Positions 61,642 through 64,000 of a stretch of 64,000 nucleotides of DNA are shown here, piece by piece (position 1 is the first letter of the stretch; the number at the start of each line of letters is the position of its first letter). Below the pieces are notes generated by a model. The model saw only the letters and a program-made list of their open reading frames with translations. It ran no database searches and was not told the DNA's origin. The translations under genes were made by a program, and so were the position numbers. Location: positions 12,031,129 through 12,095,128 of the forward strand of contig CM082576.2 in assembly GCA_040954595.2 (NCBI GenBank), given 5' to 3'. Source of the DNA: Balanoglossus misakiensis (lineage: Eukaryota; Animalia; Hemichordata).

Positions 61642-64000
61642 TTAACATCCGGTGCATTCAGAGAGAGACTCTGAGCCGTGAGATTAATCAGTCTGTATAT
61701 TTCTCTATTCTCATGCCATCACGCGCAATTATCGGTTGACAAAGATCCTCTGTAAACTTTGTCGTTGTGCATCGTTACAAAACACTATATCCGAGCAGTA
61801 ACCGCGATCCGAGTAAACGTTGTTCACAAATAAATGAAATTAGGTCTTCGGGTTGTAGTCCTGACAAGGCGTTTGATAGTTTGAAAAGACATTTAGCGAT
61901 TAACTTGTAAACTTCCTAGAGCATGCGGACAAAAGCAGCTTGTGTTTTTAGTCTCAATGCTACAAGAAAAGCTCCGCAAACGGCTTTCACATTGAAAGAC
62001 TAACATCGCTTTGCCCCGCCTCGACCTTTTTACGCGCTATCCTATAGATCCTTCTGCGGATGCTAAATGTAGCGTAATTGGCCGGTCCATTTGCGGCATT
62101 TTATGGACTTGGCGTTTCCTTCTTCATAGAGACGATAATTTGACAAGGGACGGCTTTTAAAGATCTAGAACGCAGACGCAATCTATCAATATTATATTGT
62201 TGACGAGTAGAAAAAAAGGGTCCCTATTGACACTTTAACGGTTTGCTCCACTTGGTGATCTCGGAGTCTTCACGGTCATAAAATATCAATGCGCCGCAGT
62301 GTTCTGTGGGTTAGACAGGTCGTCTGCGCCGAGTTGACTCCCCCCCAGGTGACGACCAGTGCTTATCCCCCTGTCTCGTTCGAGAAATGGCGCGTTATTG
62401 TCACCTGAATTGCGGGGATAAAAGATGGCCGCTTGGGCTTTTTTATCGGTCGGGATTTTTCACAGCCGAATGGGCACTGACAGTGAGATGGAACACCGAA
62501 CAACAACATTTGGGCTGGGTGACAAATGGACTTAATTGGATAATGCTATGACTACCCTGAGGGCACGCCCGTACCCTAGGTTTGAGTTTTTATAGCATGA
62601 CACGAACGACATAGCAGTACCCTGAACAATGCCGGGAGATTCCATTCTCACCAGAGGAGTTAACTGGTCCATTTCGATGCAGAGGGGAATTTGACGCAAG
62701 GTTGCGGGTGGAATGACACGGAAAAGCGCGAGTGTGGAGATATGAAATATTAAAATACACCTTCTATACGCTTCGTTACTTTATTGCTTAGCCTAGTGGC
62801 ATAAATGTATATTCACCATAAGCTGTTGGCTTGTCGTAGCATTTGGCTAATGCCCGGCCCCTGCTATGGAAAAAAAGACTTGGAACTTTGCCACATCGCT
62901 GTTCAAAACGTGTTATTACTTGACCGGGCGGCCATGTTTGTCTCGCGCGCAGATCAGACCTAAATCCACAGCGTAAAAATTCCGTCTCCTTTTCGAGAAC
63001 ACAACCGATATATTTTCCGGCTGTTATGCCCGATGGGAATTTTTGGCGTTACAAGCATAGAACAAAACAATTCCCAGCATTGTGGGAATGCTACAAATTA
63101 CAATTAAACTGCCCGAAGAGCGCAACAATAGGTTACTTGAAACCTTAGACGAACCGATAAAATAGTTGTCCCCAAAACGTTAACAAACCCATTCGTCAAC
63201 ATTGTTGTTGATCCACCCCAGCGCTGTGATGTCACAATAGATAACTGTCAACCATGAAAAAAAATGTTGTTTTCGAGAAACTTATTTAGGCCGTCTCAGA
63301 ATATGCAACAATCGGACCGCGAAAATTATCAGCGGTTTCACCGAACGAAAATTCCCCCCGCCGTCTTCTGACACGAACTCGCTGTGTCAGTGTGCGCGCA
63401 ACGCAACATCGGGTGTTCTCTGAAGATATGAACCCCCGTTAGGTTTCTAATGGTTTCCCATTGTTACAGTTTGTTTACTATCAATAGTCAGCCCCATTGA
63501 AACGCCCACAAAAGAAAATTTTCCTAGTGATCCGACGAGAACTTTGGAATGCTGCATTTTTTATTGATGCGGGACCAAAAATGCTGGTGGGATGAAACGA
63601 TACGAGGTCTGCTATTTGCCGCGGTGGTGATTTTTTTGCATTTATCCCGTCACATCTCGACCGACTCGTTGAAGCCGATACGTTTTCCTTTATTTTCTCG
63701 GCGTTTTATATTTTGACGCGCGGGTGGGTGTAAAGGTTGAGTTAACAATGGCCGAGTGTTAGTTGTTCGTCCGCTCGAGTGCGGCAACACGGCGCAGGCT
63801 GCCACCCCTTCGTCGATAATCCGGCCGCTCTTTCGAGTGGTGATCTGATTTTTTTAAAAAAATAGCACTGCGCTGGAGTGTCGTGTTGGAGGTGCGTAAA
63901 AGTTGAAGTGGCCCAGGTCGTGCGGGATCTTTGTGGAGTGTTCGGGAAACCGTGTTGGGACGACACCTCGAGTGCAATTTGCTGTTATTTATGAAACCAA

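Noticed and set aside
62300-63000. YY1-like motifs (AAGATGGCCGC ~62422, GGCGGCCATGTT ~62927) suggesting a promoter
   Set aside because: No associated exon or ORF is identifiable within the window.
1-64000. Prokaryotic features (CRISPR array, operons, rRNA/tRNA genes)
   Set aside because: None seen; the spliceosomal intron structure shows the window is eukaryotic.

Overview
This is eukaryotic animal genomic DNA, with GT-AG introns, microsatellites and DNA transposons. It is probably from a marine invertebrate; that is an inference from a BP10/SpAN-like astacin and the TE types. From left to right it contains: a head-to-head pair of intronless testis-specific Ser/Thr kinases (TSSK3/4-like on -, TSSK1/2-like on +); intronless EXOSC6/MTR3 (-), head-to-head with a 19-coding-exon RBM25 (+) whose introns carry MITEs, a Kolobok-like element and candidate poison exons; an intronless class A GPCR (-) with altered D2.50 and NPxxY motifs; and a 10-exon astacin-EGF-CUB metalloprotease (+). 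Next come two long, single-exon, low-complexity orphan ORFs (34906-35982 and 57871-59325) separated by about 22 kb of non-coding DNA rich in X-box and CRE motifs. The most notable observation is that the two orphan proteins look unrelated overall yet share the same ordered short motifs: N-terminal LxxIxE (PP2A-B56-type docking), central RVxF (PP1-type docking) and C-terminal I-[ND]-h-x-x-h-[QE]-NCRYLR. This suggests an uncharacterised family of disordered phosphatase-docking proteins near a TSSK pair. All calls were made by eye, without database searches.
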